Origin: Actinomycetota bacterium
Lineage (GTDB): Bacteria > Actinomycetota > Actinomycetes > Nanopelagicales > Nanopelagicaceae
Length of the DNA stretch: 64,000 nucleotides
Direction: 5' to 3'
NCBI GenBank assembly: GCA_009726125.1
Contig: WLIT01000002.1
Coordinates: 54,558 to 118,557 of the forward strand
Shown here piece by piece: positions 43,265 to 52,437 of the stretch. Each line of letters opens with the position of its first letter. Within the stretch, counting starts at the first letter, position 1. The position numbers and the translations under genes are program-made. The notes under the pieces are model-generated. The model worked only from the letters and a program-made list of their open reading frames with translations. It did no database searches and had not been told where the DNA came from.

Positions 43265-43866
43265 TGTGCACCCTTGTAAACAATTATCAAGCGCTGGAAA
43301 ACCGTTATTAAACTTGCGATTGCCAGAACCCAAAACCCGGTTGCAAGAGCATAAGGAATTCCCAGACCCGCAAAACCAGTTGCAGTAACCAAGATAATTA
43401 ACCGCTCACTTCTTTCAGCAAAGCCACCGTTGCATGCAATACCTAAAGATTCCGAACGGGCCTTTATATACGAAATTAGAAATCCAAGTACGGCAGTAAC
43501 AAGAACTAATGGGACCAGAGCATCATCGATGCTAATCAGGTACCAGAGAACTGAGCCAATGATTACTGCATCAGTTAACCGATCTAGCGTGGAATCAAGA
43601 AGGGCTCCCCAAGCGTTAGAACCTTTCGGCGACAATCGCGCAATGGTTCCATCCAACAGATCAAAGAGTACGAAAAAAATTATGAACATAGTGCCGGCGA
43701 AAAATCGCCCATTCGGGAATGTAAATACCGCACTCAAGATTGTAAATAACGCTCCAACTGCCGTCACCATATTGGCGCTAATACCGACCCGAATTAAGCC
43801 ACGACAGATAGGGGTAATTAATCTGGTGACTGGGGCGCGTAAGGTTTCTTGTAGCATCTTTCCCAT
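43261..43866 (-). CDS. pgsA: CDP-alcohol phosphatidyltransferase (phosphatidylinositol-phosphate synthase PgsA1-like)
   Basis: ORF 43261..44142 was trimmed to M93 (MGKMLQETLRAPVTRLITPICRGL). It carries the motif DLLDGTIAR..G...D..LD...D. The 92-codon upstream extension is antisense to a better-supported plus-strand ORF. Confidence 0.87.
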   Translation of the reverse strand: MGKMLQETLRAPVTRLITPICRGLIRVGISANMVTAVGALFTILSAVFTFPNGRFFAGTMFIIFFVLFDLLDGTIARLSPKGSNAWGALLDSTLDRLTDAVIIGSVLWYLISIDDALVPLVLVTAVLGFLISYIKARSESLGIACNGGFAERSERLIILVTATGFAGLGIPYALATGFWVLAIASLITVFQRLIIVYKGAH

Positions 43867-43882
43867 CGTAGGCTTCGTAGTT

Positions 43883-44473
43883 GTGAGCGACCAAATCTTC
43901 CCACTAATCACGCCCAATCTACAGGTCTGCGTAATTGGTAAATCTAGTGTTGAAATTGCTAAATATTTCGGACTTAGCCCCTCACCTCTTGAGGTTAGCG
44001 ATATAGCAATCTTTCTAGTTAGCGCTATCGATGGCATTTCCCCCGCAGATGTCGAAATTTGGAATACCGCCCGAGATTTATATATTCCGTCGTTGATTTT
44101 GATAACTGATTTAAGTAATGGTGAAATTGATTTCGATGACATGAGTGCAATTGCCGGAAAATTGTTGGACCCAGTCTTGACCCCTTTTCTAGTCCTCCAC
44201 GATGACTCCGGAAACCCAACAGCGCTTATTGATCTTGACTCCTTAAAAATATCAGATTACTCAACTGGTGTCCGCGTCGAGCGCGAGAGCGATTCTGAAC
44301 ATAAGGTTCTCGTCTTTGAATTTCGCAAAGAGTATTTAGAAGCGCTCGAAGAATATGGCCAAACAGGTTTCATCGAAGCTCTTAATTTCCCAGCTATTCC
44401 ATTCATAGAGAACAATGGCCTCGGAAGTTTTGAAATTGCAACTCTATTAAAAACGTTACCAAGCAGCAGCTAG
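43883..44473 (+). CDS. Truncated, degenerate EF-G-like GTPase-domain protein (possible gene relic)
   Basis: 196 aa from the in-frame GTG. IAIFLVSAIDGISPADVEIWNTARDLYIPSLILITDLSNGEIDFDD and PFLVLHDDSGNPTALIDLDSLKISDYS...LLKTLPSS resemble the G domain of actinobacterial EF-G-like paralogs. The P-loop is degenerate (VCVIGKSS), the switch I/DxxG region is absent, NKxD is replaced by TDLS, and domains II-V are missing. Confidence 0.5.
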   Translation: MSDQIFPLITPNLQVCVIGKSSVEIAKYFGLSPSPLEVSDIAIFLVSAIDGISPADVEIWNTARDLYIPSLILITDLSNGEIDFDDMSAIAGKLLDPVLTPFLVLHDDSGNPTALIDLDSLKISDYSTGVRVERESDSEHKVLVFEFRKEYLEALEEYGQTGFIEALNFPAIPFIENNGLGSFEIATLLKTLPSSS

Positions 44474-44989
44474 TTGGGAGCGCGTCTCACTTAGTAATTG
44501 TGGAAGAACTTTAGTTTGGCCAATCAACGGCATAAAGTTTGAATCTCCCGCCCATCTTGGAATGACATGTTGGTGAATATGCTCCGCAACACCAGCGCCT
44601 GATACCGCACCTTGATTCATTCCAAGATTGAAACCAGCAGCACCACTTACCTTTCGCAGCGTCGTCATCGCATGCGCCGAAAGTTCAAAAATTTCATTGC
44701 GTTCACTAGTCGTTAGATCCGGTAAGTCTCCGACGTGTCGGTTTGTGCAAATTAAAAGATGTCCTGCGTTGTATGGATACAAATTCATTACAACATAAGC
44801 TTCGCGCCCTCTTGCGACAATCAAGCCATCTTCATCAGTCAATTGCAATATCCGACAGAACGGACATTCAATTTCATTCTCTGGAAGCGGTCTATTCTCA
44901 CCTTCGAGATATGCCATTCGGTGAGGCGCCCACAAGCGTTGCCAACGATCAGGCATTCCAGCTCCGCCATGCATCTCTTGTTCGCTCAT
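44456..44989 (-). CDS. HIT-family nucleotidyltransferase/hydrolase (Ap4A phosphorylase-like)
   Basis: 177 aa with the histidine triad EHIHQHVIPR. It lies next to thrS and upstream of pgsA as in mycobacteria. Confidence 0.9.
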   Translation of the reverse strand: MSEQEMHGGAGMPDRWQRLWAPHRMAYLEGENRPLPENEIECPFCRILQLTDEDGLIVARGREAYVVMNLYPYNAGHLLICTNRHVGDLPDLTTSERNEIFELSAHAMTTLRKVSGAAGFNLGMNQGAVSGAGVAEHIHQHVIPRWAGDSNFMPLIGQTKVLPQLLSETRSQLAAAW

Positions 44990-44998
44990 GACAAATTC

Positions 44999-46990
44999 CT
45001 AGATTTGAATTCGATTTGCTACGGCATCCAATACTTCAGCAATCGCATCGTCAATTGAAATACCATTTTTCTGTTCACCATTTCGGTATCTAAATGAGAT
45101 AGCACCGGCTTTTTGATCTTCTTCACCAGCAATCATCATGAAGGGGATTTTCTCAAGTTGCGCCGTGCGAACTTTCTTCTGCATTCGATCATCTGAAGCA
45201 TCGATATCCACCCGGATACCGGCCTTACGCATCTTGGCAATAATCTCTTCAAGATAAGGAGTAAAGGTATCTGCAACTGGAATTCCACGTACTTGAACCG
45301 GTGCAAGCCAAGGTGGGAATGCGCCAGCATAATGTTCAGTTAAAACTCCGAAGAATCTTTCAATGGAACCAAATAGCGCACGGTGAATCATTACTGGTTG
45401 TTGTCTTGAACCATCCGATGCTTGATATTCCAAATCAAATCTCTGCGGTAATTGAAAATCGACTTGAATTGTAGACATCTGCCAGGTGCGACCGATTGCA
45501 TCTTTAGCCTGCACAGAAATCTTTGGACCATAGAACGCAGCGCCTTCTGGATCTAATACAAATTCCAAATTCTGATTTGTTGCTGCAATCCGTAGCGCTT
45601 CGGTCGCCGCTTCCCAATCAGAGTCACTTCCAACAGATTTCTCGGGATTGCGAGTTGAAAGTTCCAAGTAAAAATCCTCTAAGCCGTAATCGCGAAGCAA
45701 GTTTAAAACGAAGGTTAAGAGACTATCGAGTTCTCCGAGCATCTGATCTTTTGTGCAATAAATATGAGCATCATCTTGGGTAAAGCCGCGGGCTCGAGTC
45801 AAACCATGGATTACTCCTGATTTCTCGTAACGATAAACCGTTCCAAATTCAAAGAGGCGAAGTGGGAGTTCGCGATAAGAACGTGACGATGATTTATAAA
45901 TTAAATTATGGAACGGACAATTCATCGGTTTCATGTAGTACTTCTGCCCGGCACGTTTTATAGTGCCATCAGCATGTAGCTCTTCATCCATAATCATTGG
46001 TGGGTACATGCCTTCGGAATACCATTCCAGGTGACCTGAAGTTTCAAATAACGCGGCTTTGGTTAGATGCGGCGAGTAAACAAATTGATAATCTTCTTCT
46101 TCATGGCGCTTGCGTGAATAATCTTCCATCGCCCGGCGAATAATTCCGCCCTTAGGGTGAAACACCGCTAACCCAGAACCAACTTCTTCTGGAAATGAAA
46201 ATAAATCCAACTCGGTACCTAACCTACGATGATCTCGCTTCTCCGCTTCGGCCAATAAATTAAGGTATCCATCGAGTTTTTCTTGCGATGGCCAAGCGGT
46301 TCCGTAAATCCGCTGCAACATCGGATTCTTCTCTGAGCCTCGCCAGTAAGCGGCTGCAGTGCGCATCAACTTAAATGCCGGAATATGTTTCGTAGATGGT
46401 AGGTGTGGACCTCGACAGAGATCGCTCCATGCTGGTAGGCCATCGCGCCCTAAATTGTCATAAATTGTTAACTCACCGGCTCCTACTTCAACACTAGCTT
46501 CATCGTCAACACTGCCGGACTTAAGCCCAATTAATTCGCACTTATATGGTTCGTTTGCCAGTTCAGCCAACGCCTCTTTTTCAGTTACAACTCGTCTGCG
46601 AAATCTTTGGCCTGCTTTAATAATTTTGCGCATTGCCGATTCAAGCTTTTCAAGATCATCGGGATTAAATGGCTTTTGCGGTTCGAAGTCATAATAAAAC
46701 CCATCAGTTATTGGTGGTCCAATACCCAACTTAGTGTCAGGAAAAACTTCCTGAACAGCCTGCGCCATTACATGCGCGGTTGAGTGGCGCAGAACCGAGA
46801 GGCCCTCTGGTGAATCAATACTTATGCCTTCAAGAACGTCGCCAGCTTGCAGTTCACTCCAAAGATCTTTGAGTTGACCATTTACTTTGCACACAATAAT
46901 TTCAGTGTTCTCTGCGAAGATTTGGGTTGGGCGAATTTCCGAATCAACCGATTGCTTAATTCCATCTACGGAAATTGAAATACTTGCCAT
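44999..46990 (-). CDS. thrS: Threonine--tRNA ligase
   Basis: 663 aa with a TGS domain, an editing domain (HSTAH), the class II core and an anticodon-binding domain. Confidence 0.98.
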   Translation of the reverse strand: MASISISVDGIKQSVDSEIRPTQIFAENTEIIVCKVNGQLKDLWSELQAGDVLEGISIDSPEGLSVLRHSTAHVMAQAVQEVFPDTKLGIGPPITDGFYYDFEPQKPFNPDDLEKLESAMRKIIKAGQRFRRRVVTEKEALAELANEPYKCELIGLKSGSVDDEASVEVGAGELTIYDNLGRDGLPAWSDLCRGPHLPSTKHIPAFKLMRTAAAYWRGSEKNPMLQRIYGTAWPSQEKLDGYLNLLAEAEKRDHRRLGTELDLFSFPEEVGSGLAVFHPKGGIIRRAMEDYSRKRHEEEDYQFVYSPHLTKAALFETSGHLEWYSEGMYPPMIMDEELHADGTIKRAGQKYYMKPMNCPFHNLIYKSSSRSYRELPLRLFEFGTVYRYEKSGVIHGLTRARGFTQDDAHIYCTKDQMLGELDSLLTFVLNLLRDYGLEDFYLELSTRNPEKSVGSDSDWEAATEALRIAATNQNLEFVLDPEGAAFYGPKISVQAKDAIGRTWQMSTIQVDFQLPQRFDLEYQASDGSRQQPVMIHRALFGSIERFFGVLTEHYAGAFPPWLAPVQVRGIPVADTFTPYLEEIIAKMRKAGIRVDIDASDDRMQKKVRTAQLEKIPFMMIAGEEDQKAGAISFRYRNGEQKNGISIDDAIAEVLDAVANRIQI

Positions 46991-46994
46991 GTTC

Positions 46995-48695
46995 TTAGCC
47001 TACCGAATGGGCTAGGTGAATTTCGCGCAATTTATCGCTCCATTGCTTACTAATCTCGTCTTGTAGCAAATTGCGTCCTGAAATTTCACTCACTGGTTGC
47101 GCAATTCTTAGCGCCGACAGCGCAAATGCATGAGTGGCTCTATCCAATTCGATGCCATCAATTTCCGCTTCGATTGCCAACCCAGATGAAACTACTAATC
47201 CCCGAATAATTCCAGGAAGTACTCCAGAATCAAGGTTTGGGGTAACCCATAAACCATCTATCCTGAATACAAAATTAGAGACTGCTCCTTCGCAAACCTT
47301 GCCATTTTGATTCACAACAATAATTTCATCAAACCCAGCAACTCTCGCTTCAGTCAACATCGCAAGATTTGAGGTATATGGAAATGTTTTATGGAGCTTT
47401 GCTTGCGCGTCGATTTTCAGATTTCGTATTCCGATACGAGCCCCATGAGTGGTATCTACATATGGATCTATGGAAACTTGGAAGGTTTCACCAAAAGTTA
47501 AACGCATTCTGCCTAGTTCCACGCGATCTAGAGAGCCAAGTTTTTGCAATATTTCAGCATCCGAAGGAATTTCATATCCGAGAATTGCCGCGCTCTTTCG
47601 CGCTCTACTTAAGTGTTCACGCAGAAGTTGAGGTGTTCCGTTTTCCACGCGCACAGTTTCAAATAAGCCAGCTCCGAAAGGCCAGCGATCACTTCTAAAT
47701 CCCCCCGCAATTGCAAGCAATTTTGCCGCTTTAAGTTCGGTCTCTTCCCATTCCATCATTGGATCACTCGACCAAGTTATTCCAGCACCAGTTCCAAATT
47801 TAAGTTTGTTGCCGACCTTCCAAAATAATCGAATCGCAACGCTGAGAACCGCGTTATCGCCCTCTATCCAACCAAGTGCGCCGCAGTAAGGCCCACGCTG
47901 TGTTGGCTCACTCTCCGCTATCAAATTAACAGCCGAGAATTTTGGCGCTCCGCTAACTGAACCGGGTGGAAGTATCTCTCTAAAAATCTCAGCCCAACCC
48001 AATTCTGCACGGACCTCGCCAACAACGTCAGACACCAAATGCTCTAGGCCTGGATGTAACTCGCTGCGAAAGAGTTCAGAAACTTTAACCGTTCCAGTCG
48101 AACAGATTCGAGCAAAATCATTGCGCATCAAATCAACGATCATCACATTCTCGGCTCTATCTTTCTCAGAGAATAATGAGCCAGTCTCTGACAACTTTCG
48201 AGTTCCCTTTATTGGGCTCGTCTTTATCTGCGAACCTTCGCGCAGAAGAAAAAGTTCCGGTGAAGCCGAGGCGATCTCAAAATCCGGAAGCTTTAGATAA
48301 GAAGCACTGGGCGCTGGGTTCCTTGCCAATATCTTTGCAAAGAGTGGTGCAAGTGAACGATGCTTTTCAATTTGAGTTGCAAGGACCCGACAAGCAGTCA
48401 CTTGATAGACATTACCTAATTCTATTTGGGCACGAATCTCAGAAACATAACTCTCGAAATCGCTCTTTGAAATCGAACTCTCCCAAACGTCATTTAAGCC
48501 AAGCCATTGATTAGTCTCCGGAAAGGCAACACCTCGTAAAACATTTTTAAATTTCGCGAAAGTGTGTTTACCTTCAAAGGTTGTGGAGACCGCCCAAAAT
48601 CCGCCGCCGTTTAAGGATTCGGGATCGCTGCTTATTTCGATTAACTCCGTCGCAAGAACCCCATTCATCCAGAAAAAGGGCTGGTTAATATCCAC
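46995..48695 (-). CDS. pabB: Fused aminodeoxychorismate synthase component I (PabB) / aminodeoxychorismate lyase-like class IV aminotransferase (PabC)
   Basis: 566 aa. The N-terminal ~335 aa form a chorismate-binding domain carrying the PabB-type PIKGT lysine and GSVSGAPK. The C-terminal ~230 aa are class-IV aminotransferase-like ([16 protein letters not shown]). Confidence 0.85.
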   Translation of the reverse strand: MDINQPFFWMNGVLATELIEISSDPESLNGGGFWAVSTTFEGKHTFAKFKNVLRGVAFPETNQWLGLNDVWESSISKSDFESYVSEIRAQIELGNVYQVTACRVLATQIEKHRSLAPLFAKILARNPAPSASYLKLPDFEIASASPELFLLREGSQIKTSPIKGTRKLSETGSLFSEKDRAENVMIVDLMRNDFARICSTGTVKVSELFRSELHPGLEHLVSDVVGEVRAELGWAEIFREILPPGSVSGAPKFSAVNLIAESEPTQRGPYCGALGWIEGDNAVLSVAIRLFWKVGNKLKFGTGAGITWSSDPMMEWEETELKAAKLLAIAGGFRSDRWPFGAGLFETVRVENGTPQLLREHLSRARKSAAILGYEIPSDAEILQKLGSLDRVELGRMRLTFGETFQVSIDPYVDTTHGARIGIRNLKIDAQAKLHKTFPYTSNLAMLTEARVAGFDEIIVVNQNGKVCEGAVSNFVFRIDGLWVTPNLDSGVLPGIIRGLVVSSGLAIEAEIDGIELDRATHAFALSALRIAQPVSEISGRNLLQDEISKQWSDKLREIHLAHSVG

Positions 48696-48813
48696 GACCT
48701 AACGCTAGATGAAGCCCTCCCTAATAATCTCTCTGGCACACGCTTTGGCGCTTGTCCGTTTCGTGCGCTAGATTTGCCCTCTTGATTCCGCCGAAAGGCA
48801 GATGAATAGAAAT

Positions 48814-48886
48814 GCGGACGTAGCGCAGTTGGTAGCGCGGAACCTTGCCAAGGTTCAGGTCGCCGGTTCGAACCCGGTCGTCCGCT
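48814..48886 (+). tRNA. tRNA-Gly (anticodon GCC)
   Basis: A full cloverleaf can be drawn by hand: acceptor GCGGACG/CGTCCGC, anticodon loop TTGCCAA, T-loop TTCGAAC, discriminator T. CCA is not encoded. Confidence 0.93.
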
Positions 48887-48924
48887 CTGGTGAACTTTCT
48901 TAAATGCATAGCGCAGGAAAAGAT

Positions 48925-48998
48925 GGTCGGATGGCCGAGAGGCGAGGCTCAGGACTGCAAATCCTGCTACACGGGTTCAAATCCCGTTCCGACCTCCA
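48925..48998 (+). tRNA. tRNA-Cys (anticodon GCA)
   Basis: Cloverleaf with acceptor GGTCGGA/TCCGACC, anticodon loop CTGCAAA, T-arm ACGGG-TTCAAAT-CCCGT and discriminator T. CCA is encoded. Confidence 0.93.
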
Positions 48999-49036
48999 TA
49001 ATTATCTATTACCCAAATACTAGGTAAGGGCGTTGC

Positions 49037-49387
49037 ATGAGTGAATTAGAGAAATCAGAACGGCCATGGGGTCGCTACGAAGTTCTCCAAGAATCAGAAA
49101 CTCATAAAGTTAAATGCATCTGGATGAACCCAGGATCAAGACTTTCTTATCAACGTCATAAGCACCGCTCTGAACATTGGTTTATCGTGCAAGGTACCGG
49201 CGAAGTTACTGTTGATGGAAAAGTTTCACACGTTAAACCTGGTGACACTGTCGAATTCGAAGTTGGTGTTCTGCATAGACTTGCAAACACAGGCAAGAAT
49301 GAAATCATCTTTGTGGAAGTGCAGACCGGAACTTACTTTGGTGAAGACGATATCGAACGGTTAGAAGATGACTTCGGCCGCGCTTAA
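49037..49387 (+). CDS. Cupin-domain protein related to the C-terminal domain of type II phosphomannose isomerases
   Basis: 116 aa with RPWGRYEVL...KVKCIWMNPGSRLSYQRHKHRSEHWFIVQG...HRLANTG...EVQTGTYFGEDDIERLEDDFGR. Confidence 0.8.
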   Translation: MSELEKSERPWGRYEVLQESETHKVKCIWMNPGSRLSYQRHKHRSEHWFIVQGTGEVTVDGKVSHVKPGDTVEFEVGVLHRLANTGKNEIIFVEVQTGTYFGEDDIERLEDDFGRA

Positions 49388-50757
49388 AGCGGTGCAAACT
49401 CAGCAGTGAAATGGCGCAACGCTGGCGGTTCTTGGGTGATCTTATAACCACCAAGTTTCGGAGCGCGCTTCAAGACTTCTACGCAAACCTCAATTACATA
49501 ATCAATATGGCTCTGGGTATATGTACGTCTAGGAATGGCAAGGCGAACTAGTTCCATAGCAGCCGGAACCTCACTTCCATCTGGCTTGCGCCCAAACATT
49601 ACGGTTCCAATTTCGCAACCACGAATTCCGCCAACTTTATAAAGTTCCACTGCAAGTGCTTGCCCCGGATATTGCAACGCGGGAATGTGTGGCAACAAAG
49701 CTTTTGCATCGATATAAACCGCATGTCCACCAATCGGAAGAACAACCGGTATCCCCATCTTTGAAAGGGCATTGCCAAGATAAGCGGTTGATTGAATTCG
49801 ATACTTTAAATAATCATGTGAGACAGCTTCAGTTAATCCAACTGCTAGCGCCTCTAAATCACGACCAGCAAGACCACCATAAGTTGGGAAACCTTCAGTG
49901 AGGATTAACAGGTTACGACAAACTCCAGCAAGTGCATCATCATTTAACGCAAGCCAACCCCCAATATTTCCAAGTGGATCTTTCTTTGCACTCATTGTCA
50001 TTCCATCAGCAAGTCCAGCAATCTCTCGAATAATCTCAACCACATCACGATCACCTTGTCCCGCTTCACGCTCTCGGATAAACCAAGCGTTCTCTGCAAA
50101 ACGGCAAGCATCTAAGAAGAATGGAATTCCATACTTCTTACAGATTGCACTAACGCCCTTCAAATTCTCTAGCGATACCGGCTGTCCCCCACCAGAGTTA
50201 TTTGTAATAGTCATCATCACGACCGGAATATTCGCAACACCCGTGGAATTGATAAATTTTTCCAGCGCTTCCAAATCCATATTTCCCTTGAAAGGATGCA
50301 AGCTTGAAGGATCGCGCCCTTCAGCAATAACTAAATCAACGGCTTCAGCCTTTGAATATTCAATATTCGCTCGGGTGGTATCAAAGTGCGTGTTACTCGG
50401 GATTAATTTTCCTTCGCCACCCATTGCAGTGAAGAGAATTTTTTCGGCCGCACGACCTTGGTGAGTTGGTATTACGTGCTTATAAGGAAATAAATCCTGT
50501 ACTGCAGCCCTAAACAATAACCAAGAAGGTGAACCCGCATAAGATTCGTCACCATGTTGTATCGCGGCCCATTGGTTTCGACTCATTGCACCAGTGCCAG
50601 AATCCGTAAGAAGATCTACCAATACATTGTCGGATTCAAGAGAGAAGAGGTTGTATCCAACTTCAGCTATATATTTTTCCCGCTCTGTCTCTGTGGTCAT
50701 AGCGATTGGTGCAACGGAGTGAATCTTAAAGGGCTCGATTATTGTCTTGAATTCCAT
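49384..50757 (-). CDS. tnaA: Tryptophanase (beta-eliminating lyase family, tryptophan indole-lyase type)
   Basis: 457 aa with DLLTDSGTGAM and the PLP-lysine region MSAKKD. HFDTTR (Asp) and the C-terminal LRHFTA (His) match tryptophanase-specific rather than tyrosine phenol-lyase-specific residues (from memory). Confidence 0.86.
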   Translation of the reverse strand: MEFKTIIEPFKIHSVAPIAMTTETEREKYIAEVGYNLFSLESDNVLVDLLTDSGTGAMSRNQWAAIQHGDESYAGSPSWLLFRAAVQDLFPYKHVIPTHQGRAAEKILFTAMGGEGKLIPSNTHFDTTRANIEYSKAEAVDLVIAEGRDPSSLHPFKGNMDLEALEKFINSTGVANIPVVMMTITNNSGGGQPVSLENLKGVSAICKKYGIPFFLDACRFAENAWFIREREAGQGDRDVVEIIREIAGLADGMTMSAKKDPLGNIGGWLALNDDALAGVCRNLLILTEGFPTYGGLAGRDLEALAVGLTEAVSHDYLKYRIQSTAYLGNALSKMGIPVVLPIGGHAVYIDAKALLPHIPALQYPGQALAVELYKVGGIRGCEIGTVMFGRKPDGSEVPAAMELVRLAIPRRTYTQSHIDYVIEVCVEVLKRAPKLGGYKITQEPPALRHFTAEFAPL

Positions 50758-50858
50758 GAATTTAGGCTAGTCCTAACCCACCACCAGTACTACTCCCCCC
50801 TATAAGTTTCAGCACTCAAAACATTTGAGGTAACATTCCGCACCTTAGGTTTACTTAA

Positions 50859-50930
50859 GGATCGTTGGCTCAGCGGTAGAGCACCACATTGACATTGTGG
50901 GGGTCACTGGTTCGATCCCAGTACGGTCCA
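50859..50930 (+). tRNA. tRNA-Val (anticodon GAC)
   Basis: Cloverleaf with acceptor GGATCGT/ACGGTCC (one G-U pair), anticodon loop TTGACAT, T-loop TTCGATC and discriminator A. CCA is not encoded. Confidence 0.92.
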
Positions 50931-50965
50931 CGTTTAATTTATATTCTGATTTGGAGGCTTCTGAT

Positions 50966-51562
50966 ATGGGTCCACGGATACAAGAAGCAACTATTGCTGA
51001 GCAACGCAAGATGCGTCAGCGCCAATTAATGGATGCAGCGTTGAGCCTTGCTATGGAAGGTGGAATCGATTCTGTAACCGTTTCTGCGGTGGCGAAGAAG
51101 GCTGGGCTATCAAGATCTTCTATATACGAATATTTTTCATCATCTGCAGACTTAATTGCAGACTTGATTATGGAAGAAATGGCTCACTACAACCAACGTT
51201 TACTTAAAGCAGTCAATGAGGTTTCAGACCCTTATATTTATATTGAATTATGGATCGCCGAAGCGTTGCAATATGTAGTCGATGGTCGACACCTCTTGGT
51301 TAAAAGCTTGAATTCAGTTTCGACCCCAAATTTCCGTAAATCCGATATTGCTCAGGGTCACAAGCAACTTATGGCAACAATAACTAAACCGCTAAGTAAT
51401 ACCGGCTTGGATGATTTAGCTCTTGGTCTTACCTATCTGCAGAATACAATTGATGTTGCTTCGGTCAGAATTGAATCAGGAAATAATCCAGAGCTTGAAA
51501 TCCTTTATGCGCAAAAATATGCAGTTGCCGGGCTTCAAGCGCTCGTAAACATCTCCAAATAA
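50966..51562 (+). CDS. TetR/AcrR-family transcriptional regulator
   Basis: ORF 50897..51562 starts inside tRNA-Val, so it was trimmed to the ATG at 50966, which has GGAGG 8 nt upstream. The HTH region reads VTVSAVAKKAGLSRSSIYEYFSS. Confidence 0.85.
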   Translation: MGPRIQEATIAEQRKMRQRQLMDAALSLAMEGGIDSVTVSAVAKKAGLSRSSIYEYFSSSADLIADLIMEEMAHYNQRLLKAVNEVSDPYIYIELWIAEALQYVVDGRHLLVKSLNSVSTPNFRKSDIAQGHKQLMATITKPLSNTGLDDLALGLTYLQNTIDVASVRIESGNNPELEILYAQKYAVAGLQALVNISK

Positions 51563-51570
51563 GTTAGACA

Positions 51571-52431
51571 TCAGCCAAGTATTTCCAGAGCCTGAGCGAT
51601 TATTTCGGATCTATAACTTTCGCCAAGTGAGATATGCCCATGACCGGGCAGGAAATTCAGTTTTGCAGTTGGAATATGTTTCGCTAACCATTCGCTGTGA
51701 GCTCTCGGCACCATGAAATCATCATCGCCTTGCCAAACGTAAACCGGTTTCTTCACTTCTGCGAGGTTAAACCCAAATGGTTTCACAAATGCTAAATCGT
51801 CATCTAGCCACCCGAGATAACTTACGGATAGCGCTCTGCGATAAGAGGCGGCATCAAGGTCTGCAACTTCCGCTGTAAGCGCCTTCTTATCGGCCTCGCC
51901 AATTAGTCCGCCGAAAGATTCGATCAAGTCGGAACCTTGAACGTTCTTGAAGGCTGTGGCATTTGTTTGCATCCATTTTTCGATGCTCTCTTCACCTTGA
52001 ACAGCCGCACCAAACTCTTCATGGTTTTCTGGTCCCATTCCATTTAGGAAATCGAGATCTGGATTTCCCCACTCACCAACGCCAGCCAAAGTGATTGCCC
52101 CTTTGCAACGAGAATCTCTTGTCATATTTATTGCATGTGGGCCGCCACCTGACCAACCAATAGATACAAAACTTTCGATTCCAAGGTGATCTAAAAGTTC
52201 TCTTTGATTATCGATATCACTAGCAACGTTTCGATCTCTTCGGCGATCACTTAGCCCATAACCCGGACGGCTTGCCGCGATTGCGGCTACTTTCGGAATA
52301 TCACCAAACCATTTCAACCAACCGGTGCACTCACCTGGGGTCCCATGATGAAAGAGAATTGCGCTCTTGCTCGTTGAACCATTCGACACAAAATCTAGAT
52401 TTCTTCCATCCTGCAATTTAAATAGCGTCAT
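51571..52431 (-). CDS. Alpha/beta-fold hydrolase
   Basis: 286 aa with an HG oxyanion motif (FHHGTPG), the nucleophile elbow GWSGGG and a C-terminal GHGH. Confidence 0.8.
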   Translation of the reverse strand: MTLFKLQDGRNLDFVSNGSTSKSAILFHHGTPGECTGWLKWFGDIPKVAAIAASRPGYGLSDRRRDRNVASDIDNQRELLDHLGIESFVSIGWSGGGPHAINMTRDSRCKGAITLAGVGEWGNPDLDFLNGMGPENHEEFGAAVQGEESIEKWMQTNATAFKNVQGSDLIESFGGLIGEADKKALTAEVADLDAASYRRALSVSYLGWLDDDLAFVKPFGFNLAEVKKPVYVWQGDDDFMVPRAHSEWLAKHIPTAKLNFLPGHGHISLGESYRSEIIAQALEILG

Positions 52432-52437
52432 CGGAAA

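Noticed and set aside
43430-43882. The N-terminal 151 codons of the 347-aa plus-strand ORF 43430..44473.
   Set aside because: This part is antisense to the well-supported pgsA gene and shows no protein-like features. Only the portion downstream of the GTG at 43883 resembles a real protein (the EF-G-like G domain).
43867-44142. The 92-codon upstream extension of the pgsA ORF, starting at 44142.
   Set aside because: The extension (MSSKSISPLLKSVIKINDGIYK...) has no counterpart in PgsA proteins and is the antisense shadow of the EF-G-like ORF. The M93 start reproduces the mycobacterial PgsA1 N-terminus.
48782-48813. A putative sigma-70-like promoter for tRNA-Gly (TTGATT ... TAGAAAT).
   Set aside because: The spacing from the -35-like to the -10-like element is ambiguous (17-19 nt, depending on the hexamer chosen). 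The -10 candidate abuts the mature tRNA 5' end. I could not support it beyond pattern matching.
48721-49027. ORFs of 62 aa (minus strand) and 60 aa (plus strand) spanning the tRNA-Gly/tRNA-Cys region.
   Set aside because: They are read-throughs of tRNA genes (for example the RVRTGDL peptide typical of translated tRNA antisense) and are not coding.
49898-50464. A 188-aa plus-strand ORF.
   Set aside because: It is antisense to tryptophanase and has a low-complexity S/P/A-rich translation, so it is a shadow ORF.
50836-50845. TTCCGCACCT, resembling the 3' end of tRNA-Cys (TTCCGACCTC), as a possible att-site remnant bounding the cupin/tnaA insert.
   Set aside because: It is only ~10 nt with an indel, and no integrase or other mobility gene is present. 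That is too weak to call a mobile element, so it is mentioned only as a lead inside the tRNA-cluster finding.
50758-50858. A possible TnaC-like leader peptide or attenuator upstream of tnaA.
   Set aside because: The only small frames I found are MLPQMF (6 codons) and a 17-codon GTG-initiated frame. Both lack a Trp codon and the conserved TnaC features. No terminator-like hairpin was seen.
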